DNA of 62,225 nucleotides, filler included, from Bipalium vagum (lineage: Eukaryota): assembly GCA_037834085.1 (NCBI GenBank). It is 3 parts of 3 records of this genome, joined end to end, with 100 filler letters (N's around TTAATTAATTAA, not from the genome) between each part and the next. Parts side by side here need not be neighbours in the genome. Positions count along the whole stretch, not along the records: positions 18,715 to 43,567 come from JBBMKC010198498.1; 2 more parts are not named here. One strand, written 5' to 3'. Numbering within the stretch: the first letter of the stretch is position 1; every line of letters begins with the position of its first letter. Below are positions 25,301 to 40,300 of this stretch, piece after piece. A model generated the notes under the pieces. The model saw only the letters and a list, made by a program, of their open reading frames with translations. It searched no databases and was not told the origin of the DNA. Both the position numbers and the translations under genes were made by a program.

Positions 25301-28300
25301 CCGAGAGATAACTCGTTAAACGTATGAAGTAATTGTTTTGATTTTCTCCGAACAGATGCAATAACAAAGGATGAAATGCTCACGGTGTAGATTTGCATAA
25401 TTTTCCACACCATCTTCATTAATATGTTCTTGCTTGGTAACATCCTAACTGTCCTGTAACACTTACTTCTTTCTATAATCTCTTCTTTGAGATGTCAGCA
25501 GAATATTGTAACCCGTGCTCCTTTCAACATTTCTTGACGTTTCATAATGTTATGCAGTCCATTTAGTATTTGGAATCTTGATTTGTGTAGAATGTTTAAA
25601 TTAACCAAAACCACGTGACAACATTAAAGAGGTAGACGAAAACTCATCACTCCCGGCGAAGTAGAGCCAAACCATTTAGCGTAAGCGCAATGATATTTTC
25701 ACATCATTTGAAATAAATCGGCCGTGTTTAAATCTCAATCAATGGATATCAAATTCCAACAAAATTAATGCAGGAACCTTATCAAAGAAAACGAAATATA
25801 TTCTTCTAATCATCATTTATTCTTAAATGTTACTTTGAACTATTCTTCCATTCAACAAAACACAAAAAATAACATTCGTAATTAAAAATATTTAAAAATG
25901 AAATTTCTTCATTTGTATATCTTATGTTATGAATAATAAATAATTTTAATTTTAATATTTTGTAAATAATAATTTTGTTAAAAAAATGTAAAAAATAATT
26001 GCAAACAAATAACCTTGGTCATTTGAAAAAATTATATAATTTCCTTCATTTTCATAATTTTTCTGCAATACTTGTTTTTTTCTCACTGAGAAGTCCGAGA
26101 TATTATTAAAAATTATTATTTAAAATATTTAACCATTTTTTTGTGTTGAAATGTATTTTATTTGAAATTATGTAATTGATTTTTTAAGAATTTTAAATTT
26201 AAATATAAAAAATTAATATCGTATAAATAAATATGATTTATAAAAAAAGAACAAGTTAAATATCATATTAAGTTTTTTCCTGTTTTTAGGACTAACTGAA
26301 TTTAGTTAAATAGTAAAATATTTAAAAGAATAATAATTAAAAAATTATTTTGATTTGATTCTGATTGGAAATTCGAATACTTTGTATCATTAAGATTTTA
26401 TAAAACTTGAAATGGGAAATACTTTTAAATGTTGTATTTCCTGTATTTAGTGGTTTGGAAATATAGTGACAATGGACTGGTGGGATGATTTATGGCTTAA
26501 TGAAGGCTTTGCGACCTACTGTGAATATTTGGCAGGAGATCATATTGACAGAGAATGGGATATGGTCAGAATTTAAATATTATTTTTAATTGTTTCTAAT
26601 TTTTTTAAACCAATTCGAAATTTCACATTTAACTGATAAAATTTATTTATAAATTTAAAAATTAATTCATTTTTCATATGTATTACATAAAAATATCGAA
26701 TAAAATTATGGAAGTTCAATCAATAAATGAATGGAGAATGTATCAGATTTCCTCATTGAAATGTCTAATTTGTTAACAACTTGACAAATGAAATCATTGT
26801 TAAAAGAATTTTTCATGACTCACCTACTATATTCACCTTACCACAGATTTTCAGCTTTCCAGAAGCTTTGTGAACTTTATGCGAAATTAGAACTATATAA
26901 AAGAGGTTCTTTTATTTTTATGAAACCAAACTTTCTAGTCATTTAAAATGTTAAGACTTAAGATATCACTTAGTTCACCTTGGCTGTTAGCAGAAAAGAA
27001 TTGGTTCAAATGATAAATATTTCATTGAATAATTGTTTTTTGTTTGTTCACATTGCAGTTCCATTTTCAGGACATCTCTAGACAGGACATTTTGTATGAA
27101 AATACCCAATGTGTTCAAGTTTAAAATTTTTTGAGATCATTAAAAAGTAATAAAGCAAAATTTAAAAATAATAATTGGCCAAGGAAAAAAGTAGTGCTTA
27201 CCCAGGTAATTTGAGATAATTATTGTTGATCTCTTTTCATTTACAGCAAAACTTTTAATAATGTCATAAATTTAACAATTTAATTAATAAACTGGATTAA
27301 ATTAAATTAATTCATCAAAAATAAATTCATTATTTTATTTGAATAAATATTAATAATATATTTTTTAATAATTTCCTCAGTATCGTTTTAAAGGAAAATA
27401 AAACTGTCATTTTGTCAACAAAAAAGTCAAGATTTTAAATATGAAATCATAATAAAAAATACATTTATTCATAATAAAAAGGAAATTTTGTTTTCATGTT
27501 CGGAAAGATTAAATTTTTCATTACTTCCAACTAGTATAAATTATATTGTAGAATATTTAAGTTTCCAAAAAGAATTGTTCAAATATTTACTATAACCAGA
27601 ACAGTTAATTGAAAAATGTGAATCTAGAAAACAGATGATTTTATATTTTTTATCTCAGGTTTATATTATAATAATTAAATTTATTTTATTCATATTATAC
27701 AAATTGAAATTAAATTTTCAATGTTAATTTTTTTCAATAATTTTACATTAATCTTAATTATTAAATTTTTCATAAATAAATTAAATCAATAAATAAAAAT
27801 TTTAGCGAAAATCGATAATTATGTAGAAGAAGGATATAAGATATAATATAAAATATAATATACGTTCAATTAAATTTATTTAAATATCAAAATTTAGATG
27901 AATCATTTTATAAAAAAACTTCATTCACCCTATATGATCAATAGTAAAAATATTAATAATAATTTTTCGTGTATCATTTTAGAAAAGTACTAAAAGAATA
28001 AAAATTCTTTCTTTTTCAAATTATATCAAATTTTACAAGGAAAATAAAATAAAATGTATTAAGCAAAATAATATATTTCTAACTTCTTTTGTTGTTGATC
28101 ATAATAAAACGTCAATTCACTAAGAACATTTTATTCATGGACCAGGTTTAAAAGAAAACTTTGAAAATATTATATAGGTCGCAAGCTAAACTGTTACAAG
28201 GGGGCTTCTAACTGGACACTCCAACTCCCTCGAAGGAAGTGTAAATAATAGAAAATTCATGAATAAACAAAGCTATTAACAAAATAAGGTATATTTGTTA

Positions 28301-31300
28301 TCACAAATACAAGGTTAGCAATCTATTCAATCAATCAAACAATATTCAAAATTACAAACTATTATTTAATTAATAAAATATCTTCTTAGCTTTACGATAT
28401 TAGAAAAAGTCCTGATATCAAAAATACGTATTCTGTCGCCTAGAACGAAGCAAAATCGAATTAACGAGAGAACAATAACATTAACATCTTGGTGATGAGA
28501 AGAATTTCTTTCTATCACTAAATAAACTTTAATTATTTAAGTTTAAATCGATCGGTGAAACACTTGGAATTAATACAAATTTTTTACCTATTATTATTAC
28601 CGGCATCTTAATAGTATCTTTAATTCGAATACCTATAAGCGTATTCTAAGATCTATTAAGGGCTTTTTGAATATGAAAACCAGGATTTTATATACTCCTG
28701 TTTTCCACATTCTAGAGCTTCTCATTGCCTCTATTTTAACTTACTAAATATAAATTTATTTGTGGGCCGTTTTTACTTTAAGTTTTTCTTACTAGTATTA
28801 TAATTTGAGTAGGTGGTTACTATTTTAAGTAAGTTCTTATACTATAGAACTTACTATATATAGTAACCCTACTTCCACATCATTTATTTATAGTAAGTTA
28901 TTTTATTTCCATAATAATAATAACAATAATGATTAATCATGTGAGTTAATATTTTAACTAATATCTAATTGCACGTTTTATATTTTTTATTTAATTTTGA
29001 TTTTATTTTAAAATGATTATTATTTATAATAATGATAAATTTTAATTATTTAAATACTATTTTATCAAACATAAAATATAAATTGACATAAAATTTTCGG
29101 AATAATTAAAATAAGAAAGTAGGCATTACGAAGCCTTTTAATGCGCAAAATTATATCAAATTTAAAATGTAAATTCAAATTAAAATGTTTTAAATGTTCC
29201 CGATATCCATGACTAATTTCGCAGACCTGTTACCACTCTCCATCGGCTCCTGAGGTTCCTTGATATCGTCAGCGCTCTCTGAAAGCTTTTTTTGGGATTT
29301 CGTGTTGGATCTGTCTGGTTTTATACCAGTTTTACTGTGGATCCAAACATATATAAAAATCACATTTTGTCCAATGAGAATACTTTTCAAATAAAATTAC
29401 TTCTATTCGTTTGTGTTTATATTGTTTTACTCGTGTTGATCATATAAAAAACAATATCAAGATTTTTAGAAGTACAAGCTGTATTTCAATCTGAAGATGA
29501 TTATGAATTTGAAAAATATTGGAGAAAAGAGATCTAGTTTGTTTTATATGGGAGTTTTTGAAACTTTTACCCATACATTAAGTGATGGTGGCCGAATTTA
29601 ACAAAAACTGCTATCCTAAACAGATTTAATGGAATAATAATATTTTGAATTTTATGAAAACATTTTCATTCATTTTGTAACTTTTTATCTGAAATTAAAA
29701 CAACAATAGTTGAAACAATAAAAAAAATAAAAATGATTCGAATTTATTTTTTATCAATCAATTAATTGTATTTATTTTCATAAAATTATGCCCAATCAGA
29801 TCCTAAAGAAACCGTGATCATTTAAATAGAGAATAAGGATGAGAATCAAATAATTTATGTATTATAAATGGCAGATTTTGTTTTTTTATTTTATTTTATG
29901 TACACTGATGTAAAATATCGATAAATCTGTTAAGTGCAAAAATTTCTTTTTTTATCAGATGGGGCACTTTTATCTCGAACAATACGTAGATGCTTTGAAT
30001 TTTGATTCTTTGTTGAACAGCCATCCTATTCAAGCACCTGTCAAGGATCCTCAGGAAATAGAATCAAATTTTGATCAAATAAGTTACGGAAAAGTAAAAA
30101 TGCAAATAATTCATATTTTTCATTATATTTTTTATTAAGGGCGCTGCTTTAGTTCGTATGTTAGAAGGTGTCCTAGGTCTAGAAACGCTTAAGGCAGGAT
30201 TAAAGATTTATTTACAAAGATTTACATATCAAACAACAGTTAGCGATGACCTATGGATGGCCTTTTCTGATGTATGAATATTTATTTTTTTTTAGAATTC
30301 GGTTTATTGTAATTTTATCATTAAAAAATGTATGATAAAAGGAGCTTTAATAAGAGGAATATAAGAGGTTATATTCATGATTTAAGTTTAAAATCATATA
30401 ATTAATGTTAGATGTATAAGTATAACTCTGTCTTCCAAAAATGTGTTAAGACTTATGCTTCTATTAAAAACTAAATTGGTTAATAAATTTTTATTACAAA
30501 TTTTTTATTGTAATCAAACATCACTAAATAGTTAAGAGAACGTGACTTTGTTTAAATGTTTTACTAAATAATATAAATTCAAAATGTTCAATTTTAAAAA
30601 TATAACATTTGTGGAGAGTAATTTTACATTACTAAATTGCAAAGAAAACTGGAGCAAAAACGCACCGCTTGCTCATAAAATTTATTGTGTACATAATTCT
30701 TTTCATAATACATGAAATTCTTGGTTTTTGGCACGAATGGGAAAGAATGTAATAAGCCAAAAATAATTGGCAATTTTACTTTATAATTCTTTAAATATGA
30801 CGCAAAATGTATCTCGTAGCATCAGAAGGATTTGAATGATTAGAAATTAAGGGAATTGGATTCCATATTATTAAATTAAGGAAAGAGATATTGAAAGGTG
30901 AAATACATTTTGTGATGTCTTTCTTCAGGTACAGAAAAGAAATAATTTCATTGCTTAGGATTGTTACGGGAAGTGATAAATGGACTCATTATGACAATGT
31001 CTAATGCAAAGCATCTCGGATAAACCCGGTACAAAAACGCCAACGCATAATGACCATGGGTTTGATGTTAGAATCAAAAATGTTCCATGTATTATGAAAT
31101 GCTAAATCACCAGAGGCCAAAACCTGTGAACAATTCCGTGTCAATTTATTCGAAAGAACCATAATGAGTGAACAAACCTGAAAAGATAATTTTACAAAAA
31201 CACGTATTCAATCAGTTTTTCAGGATTACTTAAAAGGTGCAAACTGGGAAGACTTTCATCACCCTGAATATTCACTATATATTGCTTCTTTGGAATTTCA

Positions 31301-34300
31301 TTTGATCTCGTCGATGTAATTAGCAGTTCAGTTCCAATGTAGACTTTCAAATTTTCAATTAACAGCTAAATTTCTTCAAAAGAACCAGAGTTTTATCTTC
31401 GCGGAATCTATTCATTGTTTGAAAGATGAACGAGAGTTGACTAATGTTTTTAAATAAACTTCATTGAAAAGCCTGATTCATACATCTTCATGTAATAATA
31501 TTATTAAACTATATTAATAAATAAAACTTTAACTGAAAAACTAAATTTTAAAGATAAATAATGAAATTTAATACTAATAATGTTAATTAAGAAATTAAAT
31601 AATTAAATCAAAATATTTTTAAGGTGGTACATATTTGAAAATTCTTTGTTGTAGTAATTTTTTGAAAAATTTTATTAATTGTTTTAGAAATAAATTATGG
31701 TAATAAAATCCTAAAATTATAATTATTATTATACAAGGTTTCAGAGGTCATTTTTTAAATTTTTATTTTACAGATTTATTACTGATTTGTTTATGGCAAT
31801 TATATTATATAATTATATATATAATAAATGATCATTAGTGTGTTTTTATCAACATTACAGTCACATTAACCATCGAAAACTTAAACTTTGTCGAGGCATT
31901 TTGTAAGGAATGAAAGCAGATTTTTGAAGAAACCCTTGCAATCTTTGGTAGTAATTTGGCTCTGTAAAAAATACATTTTGTAAATACGAAGAAGTTTACT
32001 TGATAAAATTCGTATTGTCAAAAATTTATCTTAAATATTGAAATTCAAAGATTTAAAAATGGAATGTCTAATTTCTAAAATTGGTTTGCCAAATTTAAGA
32101 ATGACCTGTCAAATTGTGTTATATCAAATTGAATTTTCCAATAAAAACTCATTTGATTTTTCAGGCATTTAAAATAATGAATAAAAATACCACAAACGAT
32201 TCAAGTCCAATAACAAATTTGAAATCAGTCATGTCTACCTGGCTTAATCAAATGAACTTTCCATTGGTGACTCTCACAAGAACTGGTATGAAGTCATTCA
32301 GATTGACCCAAGAAAGATTTCTTCTCCACCCAAATGCTACAAAATTATGGAAAACGAATTATTCTTCAGTCTACAAGTAATAAATTATAATTATGAATTG
32401 CTTTTTGTGGATTAAAAATGATGATAATAAGAATGTAAAGAAAAAATAATATAATTAAAAATTAATTTTTATAAACGAGTTATATTTCATTAAATATTAA
32501 TAATTGAAAATATAAATAAAAATAATATAAAAATAAAAATGTATGCAAGACACGAACTAAAATCTACTATGTTAAGTGATATGGAACCTTGTATATATTT
32601 ATTGGCTTCTTTCTTTTGATAATCTTTTTTGATATCAATAAATTCTGACAAGCTCGAAGCTCATGTAAACAAAAATCAATCACAACGTAATTTCTTTGTG
32701 ATAAATAAAACACAAAATGTTTACAAAGGTAATCAGTAAAGTGAATTTGAATGAATTCTTTCACATTTATTGTTTTACACTCTTACAGCCTTTTAATACC
32801 TGGAGTTGTCCTGACCTAAAATAATTTACCTTTTTCAAATATTTATACTGATTCTGACTTTGGGCAAATGAACTGTGATTTACCTTTTGCGCTGAATCGT
32901 AGTCTTTACAGTTAATATTTTTTATGTTCCCTTTAACGGAAAAATAAGAAAACATTTTCTTTGGATCACTGAATGTCAGAAAACTATTGTCTGCTTAGAC
33001 AAAACTTGAAATATATAAAATCATAAGATCTAACAATGTTAGTGGACAATCTTACTGATATTAGTTTTTTCCACTTATGGTCAAAGATGAAGCTTTATCA
33101 CAGTTTAAATAAGTAAAAGAACGAAGTTTTGTATTGAAGTGGAAGATTTGTCTTGAAAACAAAATTCTTATGATCAATTCAACCATTATGATCAATCAAT
33201 CATTTCTTTTTCTTTATCCTATTATTTCAAATAATTTTTTGAGGAAACAAATCATTGATTTTGATCCTTACAAAACCACTACTGTTTGTTTACTATACTA
33301 TCCAGAATAGAAGTGTAAAATATTTGAATAACACCATATGGGTGTTCCTAAGGAACAATCTAGCCTTTAATCAGGAGATTTGGTTAAATCAGTGTATCAA
33401 GAAGGAGATCATTCCTTTTATTATAGGATATTATTCTGAGGGCCGATATAGCAAAATTTAGTAAGTCAACATTATGCGCAATCTGTTACTGCATATTTGA
33501 GAGAAAAAATTGTAGAGAAGCATGATAACCCTCCAAATTTTCCCGAATATCGTCCGATTGAAGACTTGTAGTATTTGAAATAAGAGAATAAATTCCTAAT
33601 ATAAACAAATGAGAATATTTTTATTCAAAATTATATATAATCCTTTTTTTCAGTTATTCATGGTCGATACCTATCTTGTACAAAACTGATACAATGAGAG
33701 AAACAGGGCTCATTTGGCTGGATATGAAAACTGGTATACTATTGTCGACTTGGTAAAATATTTAAATATTTTTATTGTTTGAATAGTCCAGGATTATGAA
33801 TTAAAACAAGAGTATAAATGGATAAAATTAAATTTTGGTCAAACAGGATTTTATCGAGTCAATTATGACAAAGGCTCGTGGTTTAACCTTATCACGGAAT
33901 TGAAAAAAGATATCAATGTCGTTTCTCACATTGACAGATCGGGTCTCCTATCCGATGCCTTTACTTTAGTCAGGTCTGTGTTTAGTAAATAGGCATTAAG
34001 TTTTTATTATGCTTATATTACTTTGTATAGAGCAGGTAAATTAAGTATCGATGTAGCTATGGAGTTGGCCTTGTACTTGAAAAGTGAAACCAGCTATATT
34101 CCCTGGAGTATTGCTACCCAGGCATTTATTAGTGTTAGCAAGCAGCTTCGTTTTGACGATGAGATGAAAACAAATTTTCAGGTTCCAATTTTCATTGGCT
34201 TTGGTTTTGTTGTTTGCTTTATTGATATTATTCTCTTCAATCCATTCAATTTTTTTTCAAAATTTTTATTGTGTTTTGAATGAAGGGTTTCATTTACCTT

Positions 34301-37300
34301 GAAAATATGTTAATATAATATAAAATATATTCATTGAATTCTTTGTTGAACTCATAAATTCTTATTCCATATCCCAAAGAAAGAGTTAAAAAACATTAAA
34401 AATAATTTTATTAATAGCATAAGAATTCTCAATAATAATGAACACTTGAAAACATTATTATAATCCACTCTTGTCTCAATGATCAGTGTACTGAATAATG
34501 TTATGGTGATTCACAAGTTTTCACTCCCTAGCATATGATATGTTCTCTTTGTGCATATTTCTATTGAATAAAGATTATCATTTTTACTTTATTTCCATTG
34601 GATGAATTTTAACGCGATGATTCTATTTATACATTATTAGATTATTTATGTGTTTTACGAATTTTCGAATGGCAGAAGAAAAATATTTTGCTCCACTAAT
34701 TCTGAACTAACATAATAAGGAAAATGATTCATAATAATAATAATTCAAACGGATTTTTAACAATTAGATTATTTATCAAAGAACCACATATAAGTCGAAA
34801 AAGTACAAATGACTAAAATAAATCCTTAATTCATTTAAAACTGCAGGGGATCAGAAATTATCAATGTTAATAAATATTTAACCAAAATCAAAATGAAACC
34901 ATGAATACAGCAAGTTAAATACCAATGACCTCTCAACATCAGCTCAAATCAATCTATAAATCTACTTGATAACCAAACAATCATCTCTTATATACTAAAC
35001 AAGTTTAAGAACCGAGCCATGCGCGAAAAATTTGCAAAAATAATGTTGTGAAAGAATTACAAACGACTTAAAATATTTTCAAAATTTGTTTAATAAATTT
35101 TATATTACTACTATATTATTTTTCAAAAAATCCGGGCTATTAATTAGGAATGCTAAAATAATTATAATTAATTATAAATTTATTATTATTTTGGTCATCG
35201 TCCTAATATATTTATTAAGCAATTTGTAAAAACCTCTTTTGGTCAATATGATTTTGTTGTAACAGAAAAGAATTTTTAACTTCACAAAATTTTTCTTTTT
35301 TAATAAAATTTTAACGAAGCTAATCTTTTTACTATGGTCATACCAACAATATTAAGACTACAAAATAACGGTTGTGTTCTGAATCATATATATCGACCTT
35401 GTGTATAATTGATATATTGAACTTCGATTTTCAACAACTGGAACTAATAGATTAAGTAATTGAAAAATTATGTTCGCAAAAAAATTTTCACGTTATTTGA
35501 GGATGGAAACCTTCGACAATATTGACTCCATTCCAGTTCGTTAAAAATCCACTAATGAGGCCTATCAAAGTCTGGATTATAATAGGGATGATTTAGCAAA
35601 GTTATTTCTTTTTCTTCAAGAAATCTGATTACAGAATCAACAAGGTGTTGACCAGCAATATCATTATATATCATATCATTAATATATCAATGTCATTAAT
35701 ATAATAATGTCCGATCCACTTAGCTTTTCACTTTAAATGGAAATTTTCTGTAAGAATACCTTACATTGCCACAAGAAGCATCTATACACTTAAGCAGTTT
35801 GCTATCTTAATATTGGGATTATTATCTACTAATTCATGCCCTATCTTGTACTGTCTTCTAAAAAAATTCGTTTTCCAGGTTAGAATTCTGAGTACGAGCG
35901 ATAATTTTCCTCAAAGATATTGATTTGCTACCCCATGCTTTGCAAATGAACTGATGACATACTTAAAACCCCATGTCAAAAATGAAGCGAATTTTTCACT
36001 TATAACTTCCATATCTCTAAATATGAATTGTCAGAGTAATAAGCACATTACTAAATTACTCATAAGTTTACGATGAATGCCGCCAAATAAATGATTTTAT
36101 GATTACATAGTAACCTAATCATATCCTACACATTCATCCACTAGATGATAAATTGTTTTCAAGGAGTAACATATTTTTGCCAGTGACGAGATTTTTGATT
36201 CGATTATAGTAAAAAATCTTTTCTATTACATTGAATTCAGAACAATTAATCATTGAAATTCATTAAAATTATCAATGATTAATATTTTATAAATAATTTA
36301 TATATTGAATAAACAAAAGATTAATTGAATAAACAAAAAGATTAATTAAATTAAGCAATTGACATAATATTTTTCTTATTGATTTTATAGAGATTTTATT
36401 TTGAAAAAATAATTTATTTTTAAAAATCATCTTAAATATATATTAATTAAATATAAAATAAATATAAAAATATATTAAGGATGTTTATTTAATTAAGAGC
36501 TTTAATTAATTAATAACTTCGATTTTCTGGTTATATCTGGTAATGAATCTTTAAATATATATAATTTGACAGGTGTCGTTTAAAATGCAAAACATTTAAA
36601 AACGAAAAAATAAATAAAGTTTTAAAATATACTGTTTATTAATGATTGAACTCGTAAGGCTGAAGAGATATGGCAATTAGTATGAACTTTAAATATAAAT
36701 GTCAGTGATTAAATAAATATAAAAATGGTATGATATTAAAATATGTATCTTTTTATTTTATGACTTTAAAATACAGTAATATTAAAAATTACTTGCAATT
36801 TTGATTTTTTTCATTAACTTTTAAAAAAAAAGATTACATTATCAATAAAACTTTTTAGTAAAGCATTTCTTAGTTAAATTATTAAAATATGAAATCATGG
36901 TTTGTATAAAATCAAATAAAATTGAACTTAGTCAAACATATTAGGTTGGCAAGAAAGTAATGTCTATTTTATATGAAAATCAAAAATTAAAATAATTTCC
37001 ACAATTATCCATGACCTTTAACCATCTTTCAGGTAACAATTCAATCCTTCTTGAGTAGGTCTCACTTTTTGAATCAAAAAAATGGTGTACTGCACCATTG
37101 ATATCTTCCTCTGCACTAAATGACTTGCCATCTAAAAAATGTTGGAGCGACGGAATATGATAATCTAATGGCGCAATGTCTGGGCCATACAGTGAATGCG
37201 GCAAAACCTCCCAGCCAAAATTGCACCAATTTTTGTAGGACAGTCATGCGACATGAGATCTGGCATTATCGTGCTGCAGAATAACACCTTTAGGAAGCAA

Positions 37301-40300
37301 TTCATAATTGACTGGACCTCGTTTGTTCAACCAGATACACAAAATTCTGTTTTAGATATGAATATTTTGCTTTGCAATAGACGGTAACAGTTGATCAAGT
37401 AAGCAATAGGCTCGTTTATGAACTACATTGTCGTACTAAAATAAAATTCATTTCTCATCAACAGTTATAAGTCGATAGAGAAAATGATTAATTTTGTGCC
37501 TAGACATTTGAGCAGATTAAACACCAAAACAGTCTATACAATAAACATCAGTGAACTTATGAGGAATCCGTTTCAATTCTAAAAATATTAAATATATATA
37601 TATATATATATATGAATAAATATGAAATAATTCATTTAAATAATGCGCTATTTTTGGACTTTATATCAGGTAACGAACTAGGTTTTTTTGTTTTTTAATT
37701 AAAAACTAAACTAAGATTGAAGTTAAATATAATTTAATAATCATAAAACATTATTAAACAATTAGTCATCTAGATATTCCCCATCTTTTCTATTACTGCC
37801 TCCCATCTATTTAGAAGTTTATTGATTCCAGTATTAAAGAAATCTCGATCTTTTGAATGAAAGAAAGTACTTCATTCTTTATACCTTCGGACTCTTAAAC
37901 TTTTTACCCATCAAGTGATTTTGTAATACCCGGAACAAATAGAAATCAGATGGGGTGATATCGGGATGTTTCATTTGAGTTCAGTTCAATTCCGGAATAA
38001 CCTTGAATGTCTTCATTGATTTGTAAGGCTTGGCATTATTTTGGTGGAAAATCATTTGTTTTCGTTTTATCAAACTGGTCCGGTTTTCCTTCATAATTGC
38101 ATGAACTCTTCTTACCATGTCACAACAGACTTAAGAATTAACGGTTTCCCCGGATTTGAGAAACTCCTAATAGAAAATTCCACAAGAATTCCACCAAATG
38201 CATAAAAAAACCTTGTTTAGTGTAAGGTTGCGTTTTTCAATTTTTTGCGTAGGCTCTCCTTTCAACGACCACGGTCTTTGCCTGGTAATGTTGTCATGAT
38301 AGATCCACTTTTCATCGCAAGTGACTATCCGGTCGAGAAAAGGATCATTTCGGTTTCTTTCGAGAAGCCTTGAACAAATTGCAATGCGATCCAACTGGTT
38401 TTTTCAGCTAGTTGGTGGGGAACCCATTTGTCAAGTTTATAAGTGAATCCTAACGCTTTCAGTCAGTTTCTTATGACTATATCGCTTATATTTAACCCAG
38501 GACTCGATTTGTTTAGCACTAATTGATTTTTTTGTTCAAAAAGGTCCATAATTTGATAATCCTCCAACTCTTTTGGCCTCCCAGACCTCTCTTTGTCTTC
38601 CAATGAAAAATCGCCACTATTGAATTTTTTGAACCAATTTTGCACTGTTTGCAGTTGCATTGTTCCTTCACCAAGCACCTCGTTAAGTTTTGAGACAGTT
38701 TCATTTGTGCTTGTGTTATTTTTCCATTCGTAATAAATAATTGCTAGAATTTGAGATTTTGAAAAAACGAGAAAACTTAGTTCGTTACCTGATATAAACA
38801 CAAAAAGATTTTGCATCGTAAAATAAAGATTTTAAAAATGTGATTTTGAAATGCATAGAGAAAACCACATTACTTTCTTGCCAACCTAATATAACATAGA
38901 TGTACAGTCATTATTTTTACCTTAGAACTCTTTCTAATTTTTAACTTAATAGAAATTTGGGCAAATGTTGGTTGATCCTATACTGAAGATTGGTCGAATT
39001 CGAACTTGGAAGGCTGAAAATTTTACATCTTATGAAGCGTAATATATTATCAGATTTCAATGGATTGATCAGTGTATTTTCAGAATGACAAAATTGGTGG
39101 TGCTACAATTTGCCATCATGAATCAACATAATCAGACCACGAAGGATGCTCTGAAATTTTATGAAGCGTATAAAACGTCGAAAAGAATGTATGGGCTTTG
39201 TAATTATTATGTTTGATTTCATAGGGAAATTTCATTTACTTTTGAAGGTGCCCAAGACTTCAATTTAGGTCTTTAAACATAAATATTTATTAGAACTACA
39301 CATTTCATTCTACATTTACCTTTGTGTAAGTCGAAAAAAATTGACAATTTTCCAATCATTATTAGAATTATTCTTCTTTTTTATTGCAATAATTTAAATT
39401 AATGGATTATTAAGAGAATGGTATCTTCCCTCATTATTGACTGATATAATAAAGTTTGCCATTTTCCATAGACACAAATGTACATTTCCACCTTTGTTTA
39501 ATGTATGATTGAACATAATGGATTGAAAACAAATGGGACATAACTCCATAATGACACAATGTTATACAGATGTAAATCAGTCCTATTTCGACATGCCGCG
39601 GAAATCGACTTTGATTATTGTTTATAGCTTTGGGCTATTGTTCCAAACAAAACTTGGAACAAAGTAATCGGTTGCAATACCAGAAAAACCTCCCTCATTG
39701 TTTATCAATTTTAGAATCTGTTACTGCATAAATCCCAGAAAATGTAATATTTGTCAACGAAAAATGTTTACTTTAAAGAAAAAAATAAAGAGGTTTTAGA
39801 TTTAAAGAATTATCATGAAATTTCTATTGGGATTTTAATTTATTTTTTTAAATTACGCCTCTGAGTATGTCATTGGATATATTTTATTTTTATTAATAAT
39901 TAGAAGTTATATTAGAAATTTATATTTGCATCGATTTATTAATTTTATCACATTATAAAACATCATAAAAGTAGGTCTTCTTCGTTCTAATTGGTTTCTG
40001 ATATTCTCATCTGCTGTTTTTTTCCGGTTTCTGATATCGTATATCGTACTCATCAGGTTTAGGTTACTGAACCAATTTATCACCAGTTTATCACTGAACC
40101 AATGAATATCTTCTACAAATGCGTAACTCTGAGTCCCGGGTCAGTTTTCAGTTGGTCCAGGCCAGCATGAGGATAACACCAGATTTGTTTCTGATGAAAT
40201 TCAACTACATGGCATCCCATCAGATGGTTAAGAGTCTTCCCTGAAATTTGACTCAACTCTCTGGTCTTTTATCAGAAAGTATTGATCTACAATTATCACA

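Larger units (their letters stand above)
36941..38889 (-). mobile_element. Outer mariner element with intact TIRs and TA target duplication, interrupted by a second mariner
   Basis: TA-TTAGGTTGGCAAGAAAGTAATGT at 36939 and its inverted copy ending TA at 38891 (23 bp identical); 3' transposase [16 protein letters not shown]...[18 protein letters not shown]; YRLITVDEK near 37460. Confidence 0.9.
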
